From: Candidatus Poribacteria bacterium
GTDB lineage: Bacteria; Poribacteria; WGA-4E; PCPOR2b
Direction: 5' to 3'
Length of the DNA stretch: 64,000 nt
Assembly: GCA_965208325.1 (NCBI GenBank)
Contig: OZ242326.1
Location: 864,001 to 928,000, forward strand
In this document: in pieces, positions 40,873-49,200 of the stretch
How the letters are laid out: every line of letters starts with the position of its first letter
How positions within the stretch are numbered: position 1 is the stretch's first letter
Notes under the pieces: model-generated
The model's database searches: none
The model's input: only the letters and a program-made list of their open reading frames with translations
What the model was told of the DNA's origin: nothing
Translations under genes and position numbers: made by a program

Positions 40873-42619
40873 TGTAAGCGTGCCGTCCGCCATTAAAAGA
40901 ACTGGAGAGGAACAGGACATCTATCTCCGCGGCTTCCATGATGTCCTCTTCTTTGCCAAGCATCACTTTCCCAATGTGTTTACGGTGGAGTGCGGTCCCC
41001 ATGCTTCTCCTATTCTGAATTGCATTCCTTCAGGTGAGCGCGGACAGCGCGTCAATATTATTGCGCCTAGAGGTTGCGGCAAAAGCACCTACATCGCCGT
41101 AATCTATGTGCTGCACTGCGTTTACTACAAAGACGAATACGAACGGCGCGGCTTAATGCCCGATAGCTTCATCGTTATCCTGTGCGGTACCAAAGACCTC
41201 GCTGTGGCGCGGCTGCACGACATCCGAGACAAAATCGAGGACGATCCCAACTTCCGCCATCTCAAAGGAAACGGTAAGTGGAGCGCGGACCAGCTCGATA
41301 CGGCAAACGGAGCATGCCTAATTCCCGTCGGGCGGCACGGAAGAATCCGCGGTGAACTCAAGGATCTCGCAAGACCGACGCTAATTATCCTCGACGATGT
41401 TGAAGACTGCGAGGAAGTCCAAAACCCCCGTATCCGAGATAAAAACTGGAAATGGTTCAACGAAGATGTCATGGCTGCTGGTAGAATTGACGGCAAGACT
41501 AACTTCATCCACGTCGACACCGTAAAGCACGAGGAAGCCATCTCCAAGCGTCTGCAACTTCTGCCCGACTGGTACAACCAATTCTACCGTTCTATTGAAC
41601 ATCCCCGAGACCTACGCCACCCCACCGCCGAACCGTTTTGGGAAGAGTGGCAGAAAATCTATACGGACTTGACGCTCGAAAAAGACGAGCGTGACCGCCT
41701 TGCGCATGCATTTCTTGAGGAACACAAGAATGAAATGCTGGACGGCATCCAAGAACTCTGGCCCCAAATGCTCTCGTACACCTACATCCGGCGGCTCATC
41801 TGCAACGATGGCTATATCCCCGTCATGCGTGAGCGGCAAAACTCGACACGCGACCCTTCTAAAGAAATTTTCAACATGGAAAAAGCCGTTCGCTTCAAAA
41901 TCACGCCCGACGGACTCTTGCGTAGCGACGGGCGGCTAGTCCTATGGAGCGACATCGCTGGCGGTACAGTTTTCCTCGACTGGGCTGGCGGAAAGGACGC
42001 TTACGATTCCTGCTACGCCGCCGCTGTGTTTGTCGTGTGGGAACCGCTGCCTCAAGCGACTATGAGGCGTAAGGGAGAACCGGTTGCCGCCCTCTCTAAC
42101 ACCCACGCCTACGTCCTGAACGTCTGGATGGACAAAGTCCCCGTCACGACCCAACTCGAGGAGACTTTTAAACTCATAAAGCGCAGTGTCAGCGCTGTAC
42201 CGAACATTCGATTCGATTCCATCCTGCTCGCAGTCGAGGAAATTCCGAAAGACACCGGTAACGCGTTACACACCATGATATCGCGGGCTTTTAAGGGTGC
42301 GCGGGAAAAATACGGCATGACCTCGTTAGTCCGCCTTAAATTCCACAAACGAAGTGTCCGGAAGTTGGACCGCATCGCCGCGTTGGAACCGCCAATCGCC
42401 AACGGTTGGCTCGTCTTCAATGAGACGCTGCCAGAAGTGTTTATGCGCCAGATGCGGCAATTCCCGACCGGGGATTTCTGCGACGGTCCCGACGCCCTGC
42501 AAGGCGGGACTGAGTTGCCCATCACGCGCTTCCCCGCCCATAAACTGCCGCACGGAATGCCGATGCCGTTCGACGACGATCCGGACGCGCCAATGCACGT
42601 TATAAGGAGTTATCTATGA
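40805..42619 (+). CDS. terL: Phage terminase large subunit
   Basis: FAKHHFP, Walker A APRGCGKST, IRG..RPTLIILDDVE Walker B, nuclease VFLDWA, AVEE, KLDRI..LEP..NG, QFPTG..DGPDA; start may be GTG 40880. Confidence 0.85.
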   Translation: MERRSRIYGNHSRFLKIHRAYHSVSVPSAIKRTGEEQDIYLRGFHDVLFFAKHHFPNVFTVECGPHASPILNCIPSGERGQRVNIIAPRGCGKSTYIAVIYVLHCVYYKDEYERRGLMPDSFIVILCGTKDLAVARLHDIRDKIEDDPNFRHLKGNGKWSADQLDTANGACLIPVGRHGRIRGELKDLARPTLIILDDVEDCEEVQNPRIRDKNWKWFNEDVMAAGRIDGKTNFIHVDTVKHEEAISKRLQLLPDWYNQFYRSIEHPRDLRHPTAEPFWEEWQKIYTDLTLEKDERDRLAHAFLEEHKNEMLDGIQELWPQMLSYTYIRRLICNDGYIPVMRERQNSTRDPSKEIFNMEKAVRFKITPDGLLRSDGRLVLWSDIAGGTVFLDWAGGKDAYDSCYAAAVFVVWEPLPQATMRRKGEPVAALSNTHAYVLNVWMDKVPVTTQLEETFKLIKRSVSAVPNIRFDSILLAVEEIPKDTGNALHTMISRAFKGAREKYGMTSLVRLKFHKRSVRKLDRIAALEPPIANGWLVFNETLPEVFMRQMRQFPTGDFCDGPDALQGGTELPITRFPAHKLPHGMPMPFDDDPDAPMHVIRSYL

Positions 42620-42874
42620 TGGCTGAATTAACCAACATGTTAGGGCCTTCAAAAATGAGCATTCTCAACTTATTTTTTCTGGCGCACAACAATGCTCAAC
42701 GCCCCAAACCCGCTCCCTGTCTAGCTTTCCACGCGTTTTGCTTATTTCACTATGTCCCAAATACTCAAAAAATAAGCAAATCCAATATCCCAAATTTACC
42801 TCGCCTCAACTTAACCAAAGTCACGCTTATTTCCCTGAACATGTGCCAAATTTCATTTGGAGAGAGGCCGAGAT

Positions 42875-43360
42875 ATGACTAAAATTGTTAGCACGCTTCT
42901 CGCGTTTGGGGCTATAGCCGCTGTCATGCTTGTTTTCATTGTTACTCTTTTGCACAGCGACTCCTTCAATATACGTACGTCATCTGAGCCCGAGAGTGTT
43001 GAACTTGATGCGGCAAATCAGTCGCCAAATAATCTGGGATTGTCTTCCGAAGTGGACTTTTTGTTTGGGAGACCTAGATGGTTGCCGGGTGGGGTGATTC
43101 AAATTATCCCAACTGTCGGCGTGGATTTTGGGTTCATCCGACCAATCGCATCCGGGTATGCTGTCGGAAGGTCATTCATGGTCGGTACGAGCACCACGCT
43201 ATCCGATGAAGAGTTAGGTTTCAGCACAAAACATCGCGTCTCCTTTGAAACGGGAATCCGCGTTTACCTATCCCCTTCGCAGTATGTGTCGATCACTTGC
43301 GGCAAACAGTACGACGAAGATAGCGTTACGACAAACTTTAAAACTGCGTTGCGGCTTTAA
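42875..43360 (+). CDS. Membrane-anchored hypothetical protein with a beta-strand-rich C-terminus
   Basis: GGAGAGAGG RBS, N-terminal TM helix, SFETGIRVYLSP strand pattern. Confidence 0.5.
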   Translation: MTKIVSTLLAFGAIAAVMLVFIVTLLHSDSFNIRTSSEPESVELDAANQSPNNLGLSSEVDFLFGRPRWLPGGVIQIIPTVGVDFGFIRPIASGYAVGRSFMVGTSTTLSDEELGFSTKHRVSFETGIRVYLSPSQYVSITCGKQYDEDSVTTNFKTALRL

Positions 43361-43405
43361 TGTTGGCGCGCGCCGGTTATATGACAACGGTGCAATGATG
43401 ATGGG

Positions 43406-44620
43406 TTGTTGGAAAGCAATCAAATAATTGTGCGATGCTCCCGCGCAAATATAACCAAGTTCTATGTCAGCTCAGCGCTCGGCGGTTTTACGCTATTTCA
43501 CGGCGTGTTGGGTTTTTACATGCGGCAGATTGGGTTTTCGTACACCCAAATCTTCTTTTTAGCCGCCCTATACGAAATCTTGGTTTTTCTCTTGGAAATT
43601 CCGACTGGCGTATTTGCCGACCGTTTCGGGCTTAAAAAGTGCGCAGTCCTAGGGCACTTCATATCCGCCGCAAGTTGTTTTCCGATTGCACTGTTCCCCA
43701 CATCTTACAGCGTGTTCCTTCTCTGGAGCGTGTTGTCAGCGATATGCACGACACTGAATTCCGGATCGGTAGAGGCGCTGCAATTCGAGTCGTTGCGAGA
43801 TATATCGCGCGAAGCAGAATACACAAAGTTGCGCGGCAGATTAGCCGCAATCGGAGGCTTGTCAATGCCGGTTGGGGCTCTTATCGGCGGCGTTCTTTGC
43901 GAGAACATCGGGTTTGGTAACGTCGTCGCGCTCGGCGGGCTGACCGGACTATTTATTACCGCAGTTTATGTCAGTATGAGCGAACCGAGCGAGGTTCAAC
44001 TAGCGCGCGAAAGTTTGACAGATCAAAGCATATTTAAGTGGATAGCCGAAAACTTTCGATTTATTAAAAAGGATAAGGAATTAACCGGAGTCATTATCGC
44101 CGGAGCGGTGGTCTATGCAGCGTATCTTCTGATTAATAACTATTCGCAGCCGTGTTTGGAAGAGGCAGGAATACAGTCGTATCGAATTGTTGGCTTGGTT
44201 AGCGGCTCCTTTATGCTCGCGTTCGCCGCAGTCTCATGGTGGGCGGGATATTTGACGCAACGCATCGGAGCGAAAGGCACATTCGTGTGGTTGTCCGGCG
44301 TGCCGATTTTGAGTTTAATAGGCTTGGGAAGACTTAACGGCATCACATTATTGGCACCGCTCTATCTCTCCAGGTTGGGCGAGGGTGTCGCCGAGCCTGT
44401 CATCTCGAACCGGTTGCTTCAGAAAAGCCCAGCGGGAAGAACCGCAACGCTCCTTTCCACGCATAGCCTTCTTACATCGCTGGTATTTTCTATATGGAGC
44501 ATGGCGAGCGGGTTTGGTCTGGACAATGTAGGTCGATTCTTCACATTTTCTGCGGGTGCCGCCTTCGCGGTTATAATATTGCTGTGGAGCGGGCGGTGGG
44601 TAGTGAGAACTGACGATTAG
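43406..44620 (+). CDS. MFS transporter
   Basis: LEIPTGVFADRFGLK (motif A), SGSVEAL, about 12 hydrophobic segments. Confidence 0.85.
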   Translation: MLESNQIIVRCSRANITKFYVSSALGGFTLFHGVLGFYMRQIGFSYTQIFFLAALYEILVFLLEIPTGVFADRFGLKKCAVLGHFISAASCFPIALFPTSYSVFLLWSVLSAICTTLNSGSVEALQFESLRDISREAEYTKLRGRLAAIGGLSMPVGALIGGVLCENIGFGNVVALGGLTGLFITAVYVSMSEPSEVQLARESLTDQSIFKWIAENFRFIKKDKELTGVIIAGAVVYAAYLLINNYSQPCLEEAGIQSYRIVGLVSGSFMLAFAAVSWWAGYLTQRIGAKGTFVWLSGVPILSLIGLGRLNGITLLAPLYLSRLGEGVAEPVISNRLLQKSPAGRTATLLSTHSLLTSLVFSIWSMASGFGLDNVGRFFTFSAGAAFAVIILLWSGRWVVRTDD

Positions 44621-44669
44621 AACTCGTCAAACTAAGCGGGTTATTGAGATTGACTTAGGGAATATTTTT

Positions 44670-46502
44670 TTGCTGCGTTTTGCGAAAACACACAACGGCG
44701 TTGCCGTAAGATTTTTATCACAGCATGGACCATCATTCAATTTCAGTCCGAACAATGGTAGGAAACCGCTGCTTCCAATTTTTCTCACAATTCAATTGAC
44801 CGGTTTGATTGCTGCCGTTTTCGCGGCGGAGATATACGGGGGGCAAAAGGAGGAATCTATGATGCGAAGTGAACAACTAGTGGGTACCCCCAACACCCTG
44901 GATTTGGTAGAGCGGGCGCGGTATGCGATTAACGCGATGACGCAAAGCACCAATCCGGAAGCGGAGTACGCGGTCTACTTCACCGGGGTGCTTCACCGCA
45001 ATCCGCCGACGCTATTGAGGGAAATCCCGCTGTACGGAAAATTCATGGAAGGGTTGGCTTTAATGCGCATCATGACGAGCGGCGAATTCGATACACGCGC
45101 ATCTACGCAACCCGATGATTTTAACCGGCATGTGGACCGCGTCTGGCGGGAAGCCTTTCTGCGCAAGCTAAAGAAACAGGAACTTACATTAGTTGGCGCC
45201 GAAGGCGGACGGCAGCTCGCTTGGTTGGCGATCCAATATCAACAGACCCAAGACTCAATGTGGAAAGAACTCGGCGAAACGGTGATTCAGCGGGCGCTAA
45301 AAACGACGGTCCATCAAAACGGCTACTGCTATTTCCCGACTGACGCGGAAGGCACAATGCCGACGAGTTGGGAGGCGACCTACCAAGGGTGGACGCTCCA
45401 GGGCGTAACCCAATTTTATATGGCGACCGGCTCTGAAGCGGCGCTGGAACTGGCGGGCAAACTCGCCCGCTACTTGAAAGATCACTCCGGCATGTTTGAT
45501 GCCGACGGACGCTTTCTCGCACGCCACGACGTTGATGTTCCGCTCGACCCGCCGGCTACACTTGGACCTGCGCTGCATTTCCACCACAATGGCAACACGA
45601 TGGAAGCGCTCTCGGAGTATGCGTGGGCAAGCGGCGAATCGGAATTTGGAGAATTCGCCAAGAAATGCTACGAATACGCCCGTTCACTCCCCGACTCATC
45701 GCCGCTTATCGGCTTTTTCCAAGAGTACATCGACGATTGGCCCGATAACCGCGGTGTCATAGACTGCGAAACCTGCTGTGTCGTTGACATGATGTTGACT
45801 GCGCTCTGGATGACGAAGGCGGGCGTGGAGGATTATTGGGACGATATCGACCGATATTTGCGAAACCAGTTCGCCGAGATGCAGATGACCTCCGGAGATT
45901 GGTTAACCCGGATGACAGAAGCACTGCCGTATCGGCCGCCGGGCGAGGGCGAAATTGCCATGGGGTCGCCGGACCGCTGGGTCGGCACCTTCGCCGGTTG
46001 GGCGACTGCCAATGACTTCTTCGCCATCGGCGCAGGTCCCGGCATCATGCACTGCTGCACCGGCAACGGGTCACGGGCGCTTTACTACCTTTGGGAGAAT
46101 ATGCTTGAGTTCAGCGGCGGAGAGTTACGGCTCAATCTACTGCTCAACCGGAATTCTCCGTGGGTCGAGGTCAGCAGCCGCATCCCGTATGAAGGCAAGG
46201 TTGAGTTGAAGGTCAAGGCGGGGTGTGAAAATATTTCGGTTCGCGCGCCCGAATGGGTGGAAGGCTCAAACGGCGCAATGTCGTGCCGCGTTAACGGCGC
46301 CTCCCGAAACTTCAGTTGGAAGGGCCGCTGTGTACACATCGGCAAAGCCGCACCCGGTGATAAAGTTGAAATTACATTTCCCATATCGAATCGGACGGTG
46401 GAAGAAACGGTAGGCGGTGTGCCGTACACGCTTGTAATCCGGGGCAATAACGTGATTTCCATCTCTCCGCCGGGGAAGCATTACCCTTTTTATAACCGAT
46501 AA
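44670..46502 (+). CDS. GH127/GH146-like (beta-L-arabinofuranosidase-like) protein, paralogue 1
   Basis: CETCC and HCCTGNG Zn/Cys motifs, IPYEGKV, VRAPEW; strong internal start ATG 44859 after AAGGAGGA. Confidence 0.7.
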   Translation: MLRFAKTHNGVAVRFLSQHGPSFNFSPNNGRKPLLPIFLTIQLTGLIAAVFAAEIYGGQKEESMMRSEQLVGTPNTLDLVERARYAINAMTQSTNPEAEYAVYFTGVLHRNPPTLLREIPLYGKFMEGLALMRIMTSGEFDTRASTQPDDFNRHVDRVWREAFLRKLKKQELTLVGAEGGRQLAWLAIQYQQTQDSMWKELGETVIQRALKTTVHQNGYCYFPTDAEGTMPTSWEATYQGWTLQGVTQFYMATGSEAALELAGKLARYLKDHSGMFDADGRFLARHDVDVPLDPPATLGPALHFHHNGNTMEALSEYAWASGESEFGEFAKKCYEYARSLPDSSPLIGFFQEYIDDWPDNRGVIDCETCCVVDMMLTALWMTKAGVEDYWDDIDRYLRNQFAEMQMTSGDWLTRMTEALPYRPPGEGEIAMGSPDRWVGTFAGWATANDFFAIGAGPGIMHCCTGNGSRALYYLWENMLEFSGGELRLNLLLNRNSPWVEVSSRIPYEGKVELKVKAGCENISVRAPEWVEGSNGAMSCRVNGASRNFSWKGRCVHIGKAAPGDKVEITFPISNRTVEETVGGVPYTLVIRGNNVISISPPGKHYPFYNR

Positions 46503-46673
46503 TGGATTTGCGCCTGTCTTAAGCTAACTAATCTGAACAAATGCGCCCTCAATTTGATTCGTGGTAGTTTGATATGCGCCGCACAATTCAACCTACCTAC
46601 TAATGTCAATGACGATGATATGACATATCCCAACGATTCACTAATCGGTCTTATAGAAAAAGACCCATCAACA

Positions 46674-48455
46674 ATGAGACGGCTATGCATTTTCAATCCC
46701 TCGAAACGTTGGAAACTGAGACTCCCATTATTTCGCGCGATTCTGCCGATCGGGTTAATTGCCGCCGTTTTCGTTTCGGGGGGCTACGGAAAGCTCAAGG
46801 AGGAACCAACGATGCAAAATGAACAATTAGCAGAGGCACCCAACACGCTGGATTTGGTAGAGCGGGCTGGGTATGCGATTAACGCGATGACGCGAAGCAC
46901 CAATCCGGAAGCGGAGTACGCGGTCTACTTCACCGGCGTGCTCCACCGCAACCCGCCGACCCTATCAGGGCAAATTCCACTGTACGGAAAATTCATGGAA
47001 GGGACGGCGTTGATGCGCATTATGACGAGCGGCGAATTCAACACACGCCCATCTTCCCAACCCAAGGATTTCAATCGACACGTGGACCGCGTCTGGCAAG
47101 ATGCGTTTGTGCGGTTACTGACTGAAAGTAAGCCGGTGCTTACGGGACCCGAAGGCGGACGGCAACTCGCATGGTTAGCCATTCAGTATCGGCGGACGAA
47201 TAACGAAATGTGGAAAGAACTCGGTGAATCGGCGATTCAGCGCGCGCTTGATGCGGCAGTCCATCAAGATGGCTACTGTTATTTCCCGCACGGCGCAGAA
47301 GGGACGATGCCGACGGGCTGGGGGGCGACCTACCAAGGGTGGACGCTTCAAGGGCTCAGCCAGTTTCATATTGCGACCGGTTCGGACGTTGCACTGGAAC
47401 TGGCGGGCAAACTTGCCCGCTATTTGAAGGATTACGCTGGCGTTTTTGATGCGGACGGCCGGTTTCTATCGCGCCACGGCGATTCCATTCCGCACAGCCC
47501 GCCAGCCACACTGGGACCTGCACTGCATTTCCACCACAACGGCAATGCGATGGAAGGGCTGATGGAGTACGCGTTGGCGAGCGGCGATGCGGAATATGCT
47601 GAATTCGCGAAAAAATGCTATGAATACGCCCGTTCGCTCCCCGACTCATCGCCGCTTATCGGCTTTTTTCAGGAGTACATTGACGATTGGCCCGATAACC
47701 GCGGCGTCATTGACTGCGAAACCTGCTGTGTTGTTGACATGATGCTGACGGCGCTCTGGATGACGAAGGCGGGTGTTGGCGATTATTGGGACGACATTGA
47801 CCGGTACATGCGGAACCAGTTCGCCGAGATGCAGATGACCACCGGAGATTGGCTGGAAAAAATGAATGAAGGGCTATCATATCAACCGCCGGGCGATGAT
47901 GAGATTGCGATGGGTTCACCTCAGCGTTGGATCGGCACCTTCGCCGGTTGGGCGACTGCCAATGACTTCTTCGCCATCGGTGCAGGTCCAGGTATTATGC
48001 ACTGCTGCACCGGCAACGGGTCACGGGCGCTTTACTATCTCTGGGAAAATACGCTAGAATACAACGACGGAGAGTTACGGCTCAATCTGCTTCTTAACCG
48101 GCAATCTCCATGGGTGCAAGTCAGCAGCCATATCCCGTATGAAGGCAAGGTTGAGTTGAAGGTCAAGGCAGGGTGTGAAAATATTGCCGTTCGCGCGCCC
48201 GAATGGGTGGAAGGGTCGAGCGGCGTACTGTCGTGCCGCGTCAACGGCGCCGTCCGCAAAATTAGTTGGACGGACCGCTATGTGCACATCGGTGAAGCGG
48301 CGCCTGGCGACACAGTTGAACTCGCATTTCCGATATCTGAACGGACGGTCGAGGAAACAGTTGGCGGTGTTCCTTATACGCTTGTAATCAGGGGAAATAA
48401 CGTGGTTTCCATCTCACCGCAGGGAAAGAATTATCCGTTTTACCACCGTAATTAA
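46674..48455 (+). CDS. GH127/GH146-like protein, paralogue 2
   Basis: Highly similar to paralogue 1 with the same motifs; ATG 46674 gives a signal-like leader, ATG 46812 follows AAGGAGGA. Confidence 0.7.
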   Translation: MRRLCIFNPSKRWKLRLPLFRAILPIGLIAAVFVSGGYGKLKEEPTMQNEQLAEAPNTLDLVERAGYAINAMTRSTNPEAEYAVYFTGVLHRNPPTLSGQIPLYGKFMEGTALMRIMTSGEFNTRPSSQPKDFNRHVDRVWQDAFVRLLTESKPVLTGPEGGRQLAWLAIQYRRTNNEMWKELGESAIQRALDAAVHQDGYCYFPHGAEGTMPTGWGATYQGWTLQGLSQFHIATGSDVALELAGKLARYLKDYAGVFDADGRFLSRHGDSIPHSPPATLGPALHFHHNGNAMEGLMEYALASGDAEYAEFAKKCYEYARSLPDSSPLIGFFQEYIDDWPDNRGVIDCETCCVVDMMLTALWMTKAGVGDYWDDIDRYMRNQFAEMQMTTGDWLEKMNEGLSYQPPGDDEIAMGSPQRWIGTFAGWATANDFFAIGAGPGIMHCCTGNGSRALYYLWENTLEYNDGELRLNLLLNRQSPWVQVSSHIPYEGKVELKVKAGCENIAVRAPEWVEGSSGVLSCRVNGAVRKISWTDRYVHIGEAAPGDTVELAFPISERTVEETVGGVPYTLVIRGNNVVSISPQGKNYPFYHRN

Positions 48456-48508
48456 ATCGGTCCTGAGAACCCCCTGCACTCACCCAAATAACTAAAAAAA
48501 ACGTTCAA

Positions 48509-48814
48509 TTAGCACTTGACCTGGATTTCGCCATCCTCAACGAGAACGTCATAAGATTTCACTTGTAACCGCACATCGGTGCGGCACACGCCGGTTTCGA
48601 CATCGTATGCGTAACCGTGAACCGGACAGATTGCCAAGCCGTTTTTAATGCGTCCTCTGCCGAGTGACCCCAGGGCGTGGGCGCATGTATTATCAAGCGC
48701 GTAAAAATTCTCGCCATCGTTGAAAACCGCAATACGTTTTCCGTTTATGGTGAAGGCTTTCCCCCGCCCGACGGGAATATCCGACGTTTTTGCCACGGGC
48801 GCATAAGATGACAT
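48509..48814 (-). CDS. Rieske [2Fe-2S] ferredoxin
   Basis: CAH...CPVHG; GAGGAG RBS. Confidence 0.88.
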   Translation of the reverse strand: MSSYAPVAKTSDIPVGRGKAFTINGKRIAVFNDGENFYALDNTCAHALGSLGRGRIKNGLAICPVHGYAYDVETGVCRTDVRLQVKSYDVLVEDGEIQVKC

Positions 48815-48865
48815 CGCGTTTCTCCTCTTGAGTTAAACTTTCTTCAGTATAAAAAACGACACAGA

Positions 48866-49072
48866 CTAGGGCGTGTTGACATTTGGCATCCCGTAGGTTG
48901 AATTGAACGGTTAAACGGCAGTCCCTATCAAGTACAATGGAATCTTTTGTAACACAATCTGTTAGATTGTGATCCGAGCCCGCAAACTAACAGTTTGTGC
49001 TACTTATATCAGATTATCCAATGGTGACAACGTTTGCGGAATCAGTAGCCTCAAAATGTCAACAGAACCTAG
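48866..49072. mobile_element. MITE-like element with IS5-type ends flanked by CTAG
   Basis: CTAG-GGCGTGTTGACATTT ... AAATGTCAACAGAAC-CTAG (11-bp exact inverted core), no ORF; a second left end begins at 49069. Confidence 0.7.
48949..49003. repeat. REP doublet nested in the MITE
   Basis: gtaacacaatctgttagattgtg / cgcaaactaacagtttgtgctac imperfect inverted pair, each arm self-palindromic. Confidence 0.7.
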
Positions 49073-49200
49073 GGCGTGTTGACAAATTAGTCATGACAGC
49101 ACAGCTTAGTAGGAACGACAATTAAACGCATTGGCAAGTCCATTGTTTGCTGTTCCCATTTTACATTGATTCACGGCGGATTGTAAAGCGGCACGTCTGT

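Noticed and set aside
39275..43360. Intact prophage or phage satellite
   Set aside because: No integrase, primase, portal, capsid, tail or att pair recognised; only terminase genes
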